Source: Sphaerodactylus townsendi | Taxonomy: Eukaryota | Direction: 5' to 3' | Assembly (NCBI RefSeq): GCF_021028975.2 | Contig: NC_059430.1 | Span: forward strand, 70,928,001-70,992,000 | Length of the DNA stretch: 64,000 nucleotides | Shown here: positions 25,191 through 37,154 of the stretch, one piece after another | Layout: each line of letters begins with the position of its first letter | How positions within the stretch are numbered: the stretch's first letter is position 1 | Program-made: the position numbers and the translations under genes | Notes under the pieces: generated by a model | Databases searched by the model: none | Seen by the model: the letters and a program-made list of their open reading frames with translations, nothing else | What the model was told of the DNA's origin: nothing

Positions 25191-26420
25191 CTAGCAGGGC
25201 ACCCGTGCTTCGCTACACATACTTCATCACAGGCTCTCTATGAATTTCGGGGTGACATTCAACATACTTCTGTACAGCCTGTTTGTGAACTTTGGGGTGA
25301 CATGCAGCATATTTCCTCACAGCCTGTCTGTGGACTGATGGGTTTGTTTTCCCATTATTTTGCAGCAGCTTCCTGAAGTTGTCTTTTTCTAATGCCATGT
25401 GTTATTGCTCTCTTTCACCTGGTGGGCTCCAAAAGACATCATTTGGAAGCAGCCATTGTATTTTTGGGATGCAGAAAGGAAGTGTTCTGCCATTGGATGC
25501 TGATGAGTGAGAAGGCTGTGAAGAGGTTCAGGGTAGGGCTGAAGGGCAGGAAGCTGGACTGTACCGCCACTGCAGCATATTCCTGGGGACTCATCCCACC
25601 ACTTCAGAGCACGACATCAAGCACACGGTGATTGGAGGCCAAGAGCAATAAACTTGTCTCCACAGTAAGCAATCTGATGTCCATATGGAAAACCCAACAA
25701 ATGTTTAGTAGTCCAAGGTGATAGTGTGGTTTGTAATCTATTTTGGTAGTATTTGGCTGTAGCGGTGTTGTTAACGTGAGGGTGAGTGGAGGGGTACTTT
25801 TTCACAGCCTGTCTGTTAACTTCGGGGTGACATTCAGCATACTTTTTTGCAGTCTTTTTGTTAACTTTGGGATGACATCCAGCATACCTCATCACAGCCT
25901 GTCTGTGAACTTCTGGGTTGTTTTTCGCATATTTTGCAGCAGCTTCCCTTCCCTTTTCTAATAGAATCTGTAAATCGCTTTCTGCATTTAATCCCTCTCC
26001 TCCCTTTAGCTATTTCAACAGAAGGAACAGGTTCGTATGCGGTGAGGAGGTCGGTGGTAGAATCCAGTTGGGCCACCATTGGCTCAATTGTGCTTGTTTG
26101 GTGGGCATAATCAGAACTTGTCGATTCAACACATGGAAGTAGAGCATCAAAATTAAAACCTTCATTAAAATCTCCTGTGAAACGAATCATTTTGCATCCT
26201 TTAGCTTGGCAAGCAGGTTTTTAACTGTGACCTTTAGAATGTTCGTGCAGATGGCCAGAGTTCAACAGTAAATGTGTAATAACTCGAGTAAAACTAAATA
26301 TTTTGAAAAATCCTTTCTTAGTGAGCACCTAAACCACATAATGAACAGGTGTGCCAAATTTCAACTTTGTAGGTTAGGTGGATTTTGAGTTCTGTTGATC
26401 AGTCAGTCAGTCAATCAGTC
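25191..26420 (-). mobile_element. Helitron, internally deleted, with RepHel N-terminal zinc-finger remnant
   Basis: Minus-strand translation PCA*CRALKWWDESPGICCSGGTVQLPALQPYPEPLHSLL...HFLSASQKYNGCFQMMSFGA matches the Helitron RepHel N-terminal signature. 3' end GTGTAGCGAAGCACGGG...CTAG followed by T. A (GACT)n 5' region runs into the gap. Confidence 0.9.
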
Positions 26421-26607
26421 NNNNNNNNNNNNNNNNNNNNNNNNNNNNNNNNNNNNNNNNNNNNNNNNNNNNNNNNNNNNNNNNNNNNNNNNNNNNNNNN
26501 NNNNNNNNNNNNNNNNNNNNNNNNNNNNNNNNNNNNNNNNNNNNNNNNNNNNNNNNNNNNNNNNNNNNNNNNNNNNNNNNNNNNNNNNNNNNNNNNNNNN
26601 NNNNNNN
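26421..26607. other. Assembly gap
   Basis: Run of N. Confidence 1.
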
Positions 26608-26885
26608 TATAAGTTGACCCGCATATAAGTCAAGGCCCCTAATTTTGCCACAAAAAAACTGGGAAAACTTATTGGCTCGCGTATAAGTCGGGAGTGGGAA
26701 ATGCAGCAGCTACTGGTAAATTTCAAAAATAAAAATAGATACCAATAAAATTACATTAATTGAGGCATCAGTAGGTTAAATGTTTTGAATATTTATTTCA
26801 AAGAAAAACAGTAAACTAGCACTGTAAGCAGAAAAGAGGGTCAACAAGAACAATATGGTATCAACAATAACTTTAAAAGTACAAA
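26608..26885. mobile_element. TcMar (Tc2-like) non-autonomous fragment
   Basis: Repeated TATAAGT(C/T) and CTCGCGTATAAGTCG motifs related to the terminus at 1845. Confidence 0.5.
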
Positions 26886-27166
26886 GTAGCTTTTTTGTAA
26901 GGAAGGGTTTTAAACAATGGATCTTACAATAAAAACTGGAATGAACATGCCTGTTCACTGTGACTCAAAACTACCCTGCTTTTTAAAAGAATAGTTCATT
27001 ATTTTTTATGTACATATTTTTAAAATTGCACATGGCAGGTGTCATTTTAGAAGGAACATTCACACAACCTGTCAGGGGAGGAATGTTTATGTTAGCAGTA
27101 CCAACATTTCAGAGTGTCTTTAGGAGACCCTCCTGATGATACCACCTAGGTTTGGTGAAGTTTGTG

Positions 27167-27793
27167 CAGGGGTCCCCAAACTTTTTAAACAGGGGGCCAG
27201 TTCACTGTCCCTCAGACTGTTGGAGGGCCGGACTAAAAAAAACTATGAACAAATTCCTATGCACAAATGATTGTAAAATTTGATTTCACCTTTCAGCCTT
27301 TCTGTCATGGTCTATTTTTAGAACAGTGACCAAAGTACAGGGTGGGCTCCAAATATTGTTGGGGAGGCTGTGGAATACCTTCCCCTGTAAAAAAAAAGCA
27401 GAACTTTCCCAATGAAGCATTCCATCTAACCCAGGATCAGGTATCTTCCTGGGTTCTTTCCTCCCTAGCAGCCAGCGAGCAATTCGCCAGCCTGGCTGAT
27501 GCCAATGGGAGTGAGGCGGAACAGAAAGCCTGAGGACAACACATGGAGTAGCTGAGAGGGAAGGACGGAGCAGGCGTTGCCACATGTAAGGTTTCCAACT
27601 CTGGGTCAGACAATTCATGGAGATTTGGGGGTGCCATCATGTAATTGCAATCAACAGCCGTTGGGGCCGGTTCCTCTTCTCCCTTGAGCCCCCACTGCAC
27701 ATGAATGGAGCCATCGCTGCCATGCCTGGTGGGCCGGATAAATGCCTTCAGGGGGCCACATTTGGCCCCCGGGCCGTAGTTTGGGGACCCCTG
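27167..27793. mobile_element. hAT-Charlie-like non-autonomous element
   Basis: TIR CAGGGGTCCCCAAACT / AGTTTGGGGACCCCTG. Same ends as the 49537 copy. TSD not preserved. Confidence 0.8.
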
Positions 27794-28185
27794 GTTCAGA
27801 GGGTAGCCCCATCTACTATTAGCTTCCATTGGAAACAATGGGGGATGGGAGCACCCACTTTGGGGATCCATAACTTTGGACTCCCTGAACCAAACTTCAC
27901 CAAACCTCGCTGATATCAGCAAGAGATTATGCTGATGATACCAGCCAGGTTTAGTGAAGTTTGGTTCAAGGGGTCCAAAGTTATGGACCCTCAAAATGTA
28001 GCCCCATCCACTAATAGCTCCCATTGGAAACAATGGGGATGGGGGCACCCACTTTGAGGGTCCATAACTTTGGACCCCCTGAACCAAACTTTACCAAACT
28101 TGGCTGGTATCATCAAGAGTGTCACCTGATAATACCCTGAAATTTTGGTGCCGCTAGCCTAAAAATGCGCCCCCTGGTGGCCGAC
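27794..28185. repeat. Interspersed repeat made of direct and inverted CCAAACTT / GGACCCC modules (related sequence at about 1430-1830 and 27100-27166)
   Basis: Repeated CCATTGGAAACAATGGGG...CCATAACTTTGGAC...GAACCAAACTT blocks. Confidence 0.6.
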
Positions 28186-28409
28186 AAAGTACACACACAC
28201 ACACACACACACCATTTGCTTTCAGGCATCACATATCACAGTCACCTGCTTATTTTGTCTTATAGAAAAAAATGCCTATTGCTGTGTTACAATATAAACA
28301 GTGTTGGGTCTTAAGCTTTGGGAGTAAATTTTTAGCAACACTTAGTGGTAATAGTGGTACACAAACAACTTGAACATTGGAGTGATATTACAAAACCTTG
28401 TAGATAGTT

Positions 28410-28587
28410 AAGGTTGCCAACAGGCCTGGGAAGAAATGTTCTGTCTGCTTGACAGACATTTAATGGGATACTATTTACCAGGAGATGTTATTTACCTTCG
28501 TGCTATTGAAAGCTTCAGCTTCCATTTCTACACATAAAGCCCCTATAAAAGGGACAGATCATTTTTCTCCATGTCTACTGGCAACCA
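28410..28587. mobile_element. Small MITE with GGTTGCCA termini
   Basis: GGTTGCCA ... TGGCAACC inverted ends with imperfect subterminal symmetry. Confidence 0.55.
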
Positions 28588-28761
28588 TAAAAATAGTTAT
28601 ATTAAAGTCACTGACCTGCAAACTAGTTTATTAGCTTGATTGAACATATGTACCTTGTGTTTTTCATTCTTGAGGAATAAAAAGGAATTAAAAAACCAAG
28701 AATCATCTTGCTAAAGCCTTCCTACTCCACAGCCTTGAAGAGGCTTATACTTGTTACAGCC

Positions 28762-28987
28762 AGAGGAAGAAGGAGAAGAAGAGTTTGGATTTATATCCCC
28801 CCTTTCTCTCCTGCAGGAGACTCAAAGGGGCTTACAATTTCCTTGCCTTTCCCCCCTCACAACAAACACCCTGTGAGGTGGGTGGGGCTGAGAGAGCTCC
28901 GAGAAGCTGTGACTAGCCCAAGGTCACCCAGCTGTCATGTGTGGGAGTGTACAGGCTAATCTGAATTCCCCAGATAAGCCTCCACAG
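28762..28987 (-). mobile_element. Squam3-like SINE
   Basis: (GAA)n tail and body homologous to the 11554 copy. Confidence 0.7.
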
Positions 28988-31917
28988 GCTCAGCTCAGGA
29001 AAGCTATTTATGAGTCTGATTTAATACGAATAAAAACCAGCATTCATATAACAATTTCTCATTGTAGTTCCTTACATTGGTAGAAACAGCTAGATCAATT
29101 AATGGATGATGGTAATATTAACAGCTATTATTTAGGATAGTCCTGTTAATTAGACTAGCATTGATTAAAATGGCTTAGGCCATACAAATTCTCCAAAAAA
29201 TAAAAGAGAGAGCCAGACACTGCTTCCCATGTTACTTTGTTAAAGCAGTTGTCTAAAACTTTTTTTGCTATCATTATTGCCCTTTCCTCCCTTATAATAT
29301 TTCTGCTACTTCGAAGGACAGCCTGTTCTCTCTTTCCTGCCTAGTGAGCTAGCAGTATGCTCCTCTTTTTTTGTCCAACCTATCCTTGTTTTGTGCTAGC
29401 CAGGCTAACACAATCTTGTCAGATCTCAGAAACTGTGCAGGGTCGGCCCTTGCGCGCACGCACAAACGGATGCACGCACACACACACACATACAGAGTTC
29501 CCTAACAACTTTTCAGGAGGGACATTGCTAAAAATTCATAGCAGATTCTAATGCTTCCTCATGTTTTTAACCTCTCTTGTTCTGTTTTATGGTTGGGCAA
29601 AGTGAGTAGAGAGACTCAAGGGCAATGTATTTATTTATTTTCCCAGGAACTGCACTTGAACTTGGTAACTGCATATTGATCCCATCTAATCTTTAGATTG
29701 CAATTTGGTTGTAATGTTAGAAATTGAAAGTGGTTGGCAGGTAATATTTTCTCCTGTTATGCTCAAATGTATAATGTTGCGGATGCAGAGGGTTGATGGG
29801 TTAGTTTGGTAAAGTTGTTAACGGTAATGTTTAGAAATGTTTGTTGCACAAGTAGCATTTCATGGTGCAGTTTTTGTTATGCTTTGTTCAACACACTTTT
29901 TGTTGTAACCCATCATTACTGAAAACCAGTTTAATATGTATTATTCATTTTTAATATGAATAGCTTCATTAGATATTCATGGTTGAATTTAAGCACCTGC
30001 AGAATCTTATGGTGAAGAAACTTTCTTGACATAGGTACCTTTCTGCTTCCATTGTCATCACTGACATTTTAACTTTTATTGTTGTCAGTTTTTCTTTTAC
30101 ATTTAGTAACGTATTTGTTTTTATAGTTCACAGTTTTGCTTGAATCAGTGAAACAATACCTACAAAGTGAATTTTGTCAAAACTTGATTCTACAGAACTT
30201 GTTGTATATAAAAGTTTCAGGAATAGCTGGCATAGGAAATTCCAGTGTCTCTAGACTTGTTCAGATTTAATCTTCCTGTTGCTCAAACAGGTCTTCAGCT
30301 TTGTGATATTTAAGAAAACAAGAAGCATCTCCCATATATTCAAACTGTCATGAATAATTGATTAATAATAATCCAGTTCTCAAGATTAAATAGCCTATTA
30401 TATGCTGAAGTTTTACAGATAGAAAGGTCACTGCCATCCATCATTTCAGCTTTAAATTTATCCTCTTCTTCACTAAACATCTCCCTGGTAATTTCTACAA
30501 AGGGATATTTTCATCCAGATGGAGAAGATAAAACTTGTGTTGTATGTGCTGCACTACCTTATAAACCTTTGGTGAAAACAGGAATTTTTTATTGTGGAAG
30601 ATTTAAAATGGTTATATATTTTAAGATTAGCATTCTGTTAAAATTGCTTGAGTGACTGAAGAATCTGTATTTGTAATATTGGCTTTTTCGCATCTTAAAA
30701 ATAGTGTTCTGGCAGTTCATCGTTCAGGTAGATCAAGATTAATTCATATATCTCTACTGCCCAGTGATTCGAAATACAATGATAGGTTGTTTGCCTGAAA
30801 TCCCTATTGGACATTAGCCCTTGATAATTCTCCACATCAGGATAGTTTTCATCTGTTGAAAGTTGGAGAAGCAACTGTTACTAACACCAAAGCCATTCAA
30901 ATGATCATACAGCAATTTTTAAATGGGATATTCACTAATTGACCAATGTTATGTTGCTTTCAAGAGAATGCTATTTCTTGGGTTCTACCTTTCAAATGGA
31001 GAGGCTCCCCAACATCTTGCTTTAATGATAATTCTTGCAAATAAGAGCCCTCAGCATATCTCATTGATGTGTTTTGTATCATTGGTTATAGTTAGATAAA
31101 GAAGTGCTCATACACAGTGATCTTAAATCTGAGGAGGACTATCATTCTTCTACAGTTCAAAAGTGTTAGTCCCATTAATATAAGTGATGCTAAAAATAGT
31201 TTGGACTTGCAGGCTGCTTACATATGGATCAAGGTGATCAGCTCATTGTCGAGAAGAGATATTTTTGTTTTCCTAAGAAAAATTATTTCCTGTGTTTCTT
31301 ATTTTTGTGTTTGAGTGCATTAGTCAGTTTTAAAGTTTTGGAATAATACACCCCTCCCCCACTTTAGGCTCTCAGTGTGTTGAAGTTCTGATTGGGTGAC
31401 ACTCCTTTTGTCTTTGTTCACAACTCCATAGTCTTTCCTCTGAATACAAATAGAAATTTTTAGAAATGATCGAGTCTCTTAATTTTTGATGTTTTCCAAA
31501 TGAAGTACAGAATGCAGTAATTAAATGTGAAGCATGCTTCCCAAATCAGTCTTATTTGCCAGTTGTAATGCATCCTTGTGCCTCCTGGTAGAAAAGTGCA
31601 GCAATTTATGCTAAGAAGTGTACTGTGATAGTTTCTCTGTTCATTTGAAGTAGTTTTGTTTGGATTAGTAGTGCACAGAATACAAGAAAAAATCTGTGAT
31701 CATCTGCAAGTTTCTTCAATATATTCATTGATACCTAGTTTGAACTGATGATTTAGATCTTTTGCCGAAACTGTAGCTGTGCACTCTAGGGCGGGGGGGG
31801 GGGGGATGGAGCTTTGGAAATCGCATGAGATTGTGCTGAGGTGCCCACTCCGCTGGTATAGAGGGCAAGTACACTGGCAGAGGAGCTATTATGCTAGTGG
31901 CCAGGCGCTGTGCAGCT

Positions 31918-33057
31918 TGTTACCTAGCTTAACATGGGTAATTAAATTATTAAAGGGAATCTCCATCTGCTGAGAGTGCAACAGCACACATATGGATTTG
32001 AAAGTAGCAAAGGGGAATGGAACTCACTTGGTAGTGCGAGAGGAGCTAGGTCAGGATCTTGGAGACTATATATACGGGAAAGGAATTTGGCAAAGAGCGA
32101 TCCGCAGAGTAATTCAGGAGTCCAAATGAAGTTTTTAAACGTTTATATAAATTTGGTTCAAAATACATACACACAGTAAGATACAAGAGCGCATACATTC
32201 AAGTTCCTAGTATATAAAAAGGGTTGAAAAGTAGATGGGACAATAGAGAGGGAATTGGGAATTTGCAGGGTGATACGTTACCTAATGTTCTCGAAGTAGA
32301 AGCAGTAGAAGGCAGGGAGTCCACGCCAGCACGGAAACCCGGTAGAAGACGATATCGTGTCTCAAACTGACCAGACCAAGGGAGGTACAGGCTAGTAATG
32401 AGCAATGTGCTCTAGGTGAACTGAACTTTTATAAGGTAGCTCGTTCTTTTGGCGGGAAAAGGAGCTAATTGCACTCGGTTTCACAGCTGTGCTGGGTTTG
32501 GGGTGCAGAGCCAGTTAATCAGCTCAACTATGACTAAGCCCGGGACAAAGGGGCCAAATTGTTTTGTTAAGCTAAACGAAGAGCTGCTGTAAGGCTTCCA
32601 TGCAGATTAACCTTTTAGGGTTACTGCCCAAGATATTCAGATTTTGGCTGAGACATTAGACCGGGGAAAGGTGGGTAACTTTAGGAAAGTAATAACAATG
32701 GGAAGAGGAGATGCAGAGGAGCAACCATATGTTGCTGACTTGGTTTCCAGAGGAGATAGGGAAAAGGCAGTATCTGATATTAAAGTGGCTTTCCATGTTC
32801 TTTGTATTTAACAGTATCTTTGCAAGGTGTGGTAATCAAGCATGCCCTTACACAGGATGAGACCTCCAAGTTATTCAGGAGTAACTCATTCTCTTAATTA
32901 GATCATGATAAAGCAGACTTGTGACCTTTGGACATGCCGCTACCTACACTGAGAGGTACTGTGAAAACTTAGCTTTTGCTAATATGATTTTAAAGGAAAA
33001 TATATTGCTATGAGAAATATATATATATATATTATAGGATTGGTCAGAGGGCTTACA
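31918..33057 (-). mobile_element. Solo ERV LTR
   Basis: TG...CA ends, 4-bp TSD AGCT, minus-strand TATAAAA near 32427-32433, extended homology to 56400-57078. Confidence 0.85.
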
Positions 33058-33952
33058 AGCTTCATAGCTCCCAAACCCGGGATCTGCATGTGTTCCGGCA
33101 AGGGTGGGGCTGTTCCCAAGAGCAGTGCAGTTTTGGTCCAGAACCTCCCCTTTCAGCAGTGCAGACTTATGCCACCAAAAAGGGTGGCATAAGTCATACA
33201 TTGCAATTGTCTTTTCTGGGAGAGGAAGGAATTACTCCTTCTTCCCCAAATCCTGTGCTTCCGATTGTCACTTTGGAGGCAGTTCTGTGGTTTTGTCCCT
33301 GGCCCCCTCTCCTGCCCCCCTCTTTGGGTTAGGCTGTTCATCATAATGTGCATCTTTACTACTTTCTGTATAAGTTCTAAATGTTAACCATCTTCAAAAT
33401 GATTAATCAGTATTTCAAGAAAACAAAATATTTAAAATAAGAATTCTGTAGTTATTTGTTTGCATGTGTACAACACAGCTTACTGTTCTGTCTGTCCAGG
33501 TGTATATGTCAGGTTTATCTGAACGAAATAAATGCAGTAGAAATTGGTATTTGAATAGTCTGTAATATGTGTCCTTTATTTTATACTAGGCTGAGAAAAT
33601 TCACGAGCCTGCCTGTCTTATGTATGTTTGTGCTTCCAAGTCCATTTAAAAAATGTGGCAGAGTGCTTGTCTCATGTCAGTGGCTGCATGCCTGACAAAT
33701 CTGTCTCTGGATCTAAAACTGAAGTGGGAGATAGTATAATAAGAAAAGGTAAACTCTACAGATAAAAGATTTCACTAGTGTTGGCACCATGTTGAGTAGA
33801 CTGGCTGAATTCAGGCATGAATTTGGAGGTGTCAGAAATATTGTAGGCAATTGGTCTACAAACTTTCCTGAGACTGATAGTTAACTCCCTGGCAGCAGCT
33901 TGTGACCCACTAAGTAGAAGGCTTGTGCTAGAATATAATGGGACATCACAAT

Positions 33953-34366
33953 GGCCCACTCCACACGGGCCAAAAACAGCACCCCTGGAATAATGAAAAC
34001 ACCATTCCAGGGGCTGTTTGCACAGCTGCTGCCTTCAAAACAAGGCAGCACTGTGGTTTTTTTCAGTGAGGCTTTTAGGAAACAGGGTTTCCCAGCTGGC
34101 GCTGCTTTTAGGCGCCTCCTTCTTTCCCCATACTTACCTTCTATCCCTACAGAGTTCCTCAGGGACAATTAGACATGCCCATGCTGCCCTTGGACCCCCA
34201 GGGTTCAGAGGGCAGCTTGGGCGTGTCTCCTTGTCCCTGCAGAGTTCTGAAGGGAGAGAAGGTAAGTGTGGGGAAACAAAACCTCAGTGTGCGAATGGCC
34301 CGGGCCACACACCGGCATCCTATATGCCGTTGTGCAGCCATTGTGGGTGCCCATGCTGAACGGGCC
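33953..34366. mobile_element. Older Harbinger-type MITE of the same lineage (copy 4)
   Basis: Degenerate TIRs GGCCCACTCCACACGGG / CCCATGCTGAACGGGCC and the same subterminal hairpin layout. TSD not clean. Confidence 0.6.
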
Positions 34367-35856
34367 AAAGATTCTCTGTCATCTGAGGCTAGATGGGCAG
34401 CAGTCTTTAAAAGGGCTTTGGGGTACTGAAAATTTGGATTTACCTCCGCAAGGAAATTTATCTGCCTCCCTCTGTAGTTGTCTTCCACTAGCAGGTGAAG
34501 ACCTTTTGGGGGGGGAGGGTGTTCCCTCATTAACTCTTGTTAACTCTCTTATTTGTGTTTGTTTTTACAGAGTTTCATGTATCTTAAGAATTTTATCAAT
34601 CTTAAATGCAGTTTTAATTCTTGAACTCTTCACACTTTTGGATATATATATATATAAATAATGAGGAAGAACCAGAGTTCTGACCTTACCATTGCCGAGG
34701 CCAGAGTTTAAAAGCTGGTTTAGTCGTGGTTCGATTTTACCACATATATGCATATGACCACTGATGTTTAATGGCTAATTTTGAAAAAAACATATAGTAT
34801 ATACGTAGTTTTAGCTGTACAATAAAATGATAATATTAAAATGCATATCTGATTATTGAAGGAGTGTTTCCCATTTGGTTTTCTAGTCTCAACATGACTT
34901 TTTGATATTTCTTGATCTTATTTTATTGCTGCATGCACTTATTTTATTGCTGCATGTACAGCATGACAATGCTGCAGTTCTTCAAAATTTTGAAAATAAT
35001 GTTCTGCTGATATTCAGTGCCCACTCAGTTAATTCCACAAGATAAGGACTTCTGAGTACCCCTGGCCTCTGCTATATCGAAACTATGCAAGCGTAATGAT
35101 TTCATAGAGATTTATATCTTCCTCTGTAAACTGAGAGGAGGATCAGAATTTTAACTTGCTTTGGAAAAAATATAGCATGGATAATTTCATCTCATGATGG
35201 CAGTCTTACCCCCTTCTCCAGTGAATGTTCTGTTTCAAATTTACAAGAGCAAGAGAGGATTTTTTCTATTCTCAATTTTGATACTTGAAAGTGAAATTAT
35301 ACCCCATATTCTAATGGCAAGAATGTTGCAGCCATTGGGGGATTTTAAAATCAGCATTGTTTCTGAGTTGTTCAGTATTGGTGTTGGCCAATTCCTTTTT
35401 GGAATGTGAATGTAATACTTTTCTAGGAAAATCTGTCTTTGCAGTCTGTGGTCAATAATTCTTGCTACTTTACTGTAGTAGTATATTCATATGATAGGCA
35501 GATGATATGATATTGCTACTGTAGTAATGTAGACAATAAATACATTTTTCCATGTCATGAATATTGAAGAATATTCTTCAAATTAAATTTAGAGTGAAAA
35601 AGCTTATGTCTTCAGAAATAGCTTGAGCATTTTTGGGTCAGTCTTGGACTGATTCTGCTGCCTACGGTGCAATTCTAAACAGTTATACGCCGAAAGTTCA
35701 TTGAAGTAAATCAGTGTAGAATGATTCATCTCTGCTTATGGTTGCTCAGCTAGTTAATTTCTGGGAGGAATATTCAAAATTCCTCTGAGTGTTCTATGCC
35801 TGGGTACGTGAGGAAATATAATATGTTAATGTGGACATCTACCTTATTGTTTAGTT

Positions 35857-36511
35857 CAGGGGTCTGCAACCTGCAGCTCCGGAGCCGAATGTGGCTCTTT
35901 CGTCCTTGTACTGCGGCTCTGTGTGGCTTGAGACCTGAGCAACCTGAGGACCATGCTTTGCCATAATAAGCAAGCGCACAACTACCCTGGGCCACCTACG
36001 GAGGATTTCCCCAGCCGGGCAGGTGACAGCAGGCACCAGATGAGGGAAGGAGGGGAATAGATGCCGGAGGGAGGGAGGAAGGAAGGAAGGAGGTGGTGGG
36101 GAGGGAGTCGCACTCACTGTGTCCCAAATGCAACTTGCCGTTGTTGGCGTCGACACCGCTGTCTATCCTGCCCGCTTGGATGACGGCTCACAGCATTTTT
36201 TGTTTGCTACATGGATAATTTAAGTTCAGCTTTTTAATTCATTTGAAAGAGACCTTCAACTCGGTGTGTTTTTTGGTTATTATTTTTTAAGATTTCAAAA
36301 TGTGTTCTTTACATAAATAAAATATAATTTTCTCTGTAGCACTTCATGGATTTCATAAGCAACACGCTAGAATTGTTTATACAAAGTGTAAAGGTAAAAA
36401 AATATATACAGTGTTATCTTCATTTTAAATGTCAAAAAGTATTTGTGGTTTTCTTTTCCATGGAAAACGGGTCCAAATAGCTCTTTGGATGTTAAAGGTT
36501 GCTGACCCCTG
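35857..36511. mobile_element. hAT-Charlie-like non-autonomous element
   Basis: TIR CAGGGGTCTGCAACCT / AGGTTGCTGACCCCTG and TSD GTTTAGTT/GTTTAGTG (7 of 8 match). Confidence 0.85.
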
Positions 36512-37061
36512 GTTTAGTGGATATCTAGCTCTGATGATTTGGTGGAAAAGTGCATTGTGTGTGTGACAACTATCAAAGGGAAAGCATTGAAATTCTGAGT
36601 TGAACTCAAACTGGCATTTCTAATGTTTGTTGTCTCATAATAGCAGTTTCTAATGGTTCTCTGGTATATTCACTGTACCCCACCCCAAAATCCTAATAAA
36701 TAATTTCTCTTTTCTAATCTTATTTCTCTTAACCCCCACCAAAAATGTTTTTTCTCAATCTAGTTCCCTTTCCCCTTCATAAGTTCCTCCCTATTGTTAA
36801 TTGAAATAGATAACAGGAAGCAGGTCCTAGGAAATACATTTTTAACAACCTGTTGACATTTTTAAGAACCTCTTGAAATGCTGCTATTGAGCTGCGGAGA
36901 CCAAAGATCAAAATGTGTGCAAGACAGCATAATGTATTCATTGATGAGAAAATGGGTATCCCATTCCTTCCCACTCCACCTTCCCAGGCTATTTGGGCTG
37001 TCTTTGATATCTGCATAAAGAGGGTAGCTAGTGTGATTGTGTATCTTTATGCTTCGCAAAA

Positions 37062-37154
37062 GTGGATTCCTCATGGACCAAAAGCAGTGGTGTAAAAACA
37101 ATGTAAGATGGTTTAAAATGGTGTAAAAGAGTTTTTGGCCCATGTGGAATCCAC
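37062..37154. mobile_element. Very small MITE with related TIRs
   Basis: GTGGATTCCTCATGGACCAAAA ... TTTTGGCCCATGTGGAATCCAC inverted ends, about 93 bp. Confidence 0.55.

Noticed and set aside
27437-28087. 216-aa minus-strand ORF
   Set aside because: It runs across a hAT MITE boundary and repeat modules and has no transposase motifs.
30050-31300. Stretch that looked like possibly decayed coding sequence
   Set aside because: The parts I translated by hand on both strands gave stops and no recognisable motif.
31970-32955. Apparent LTR with a 7-bp TSD CTGAGAG
   Set aside because: Homology to the second LTR copy extends past these points. The true ends are 31918-33057 with an ordinary 4-bp TSD.
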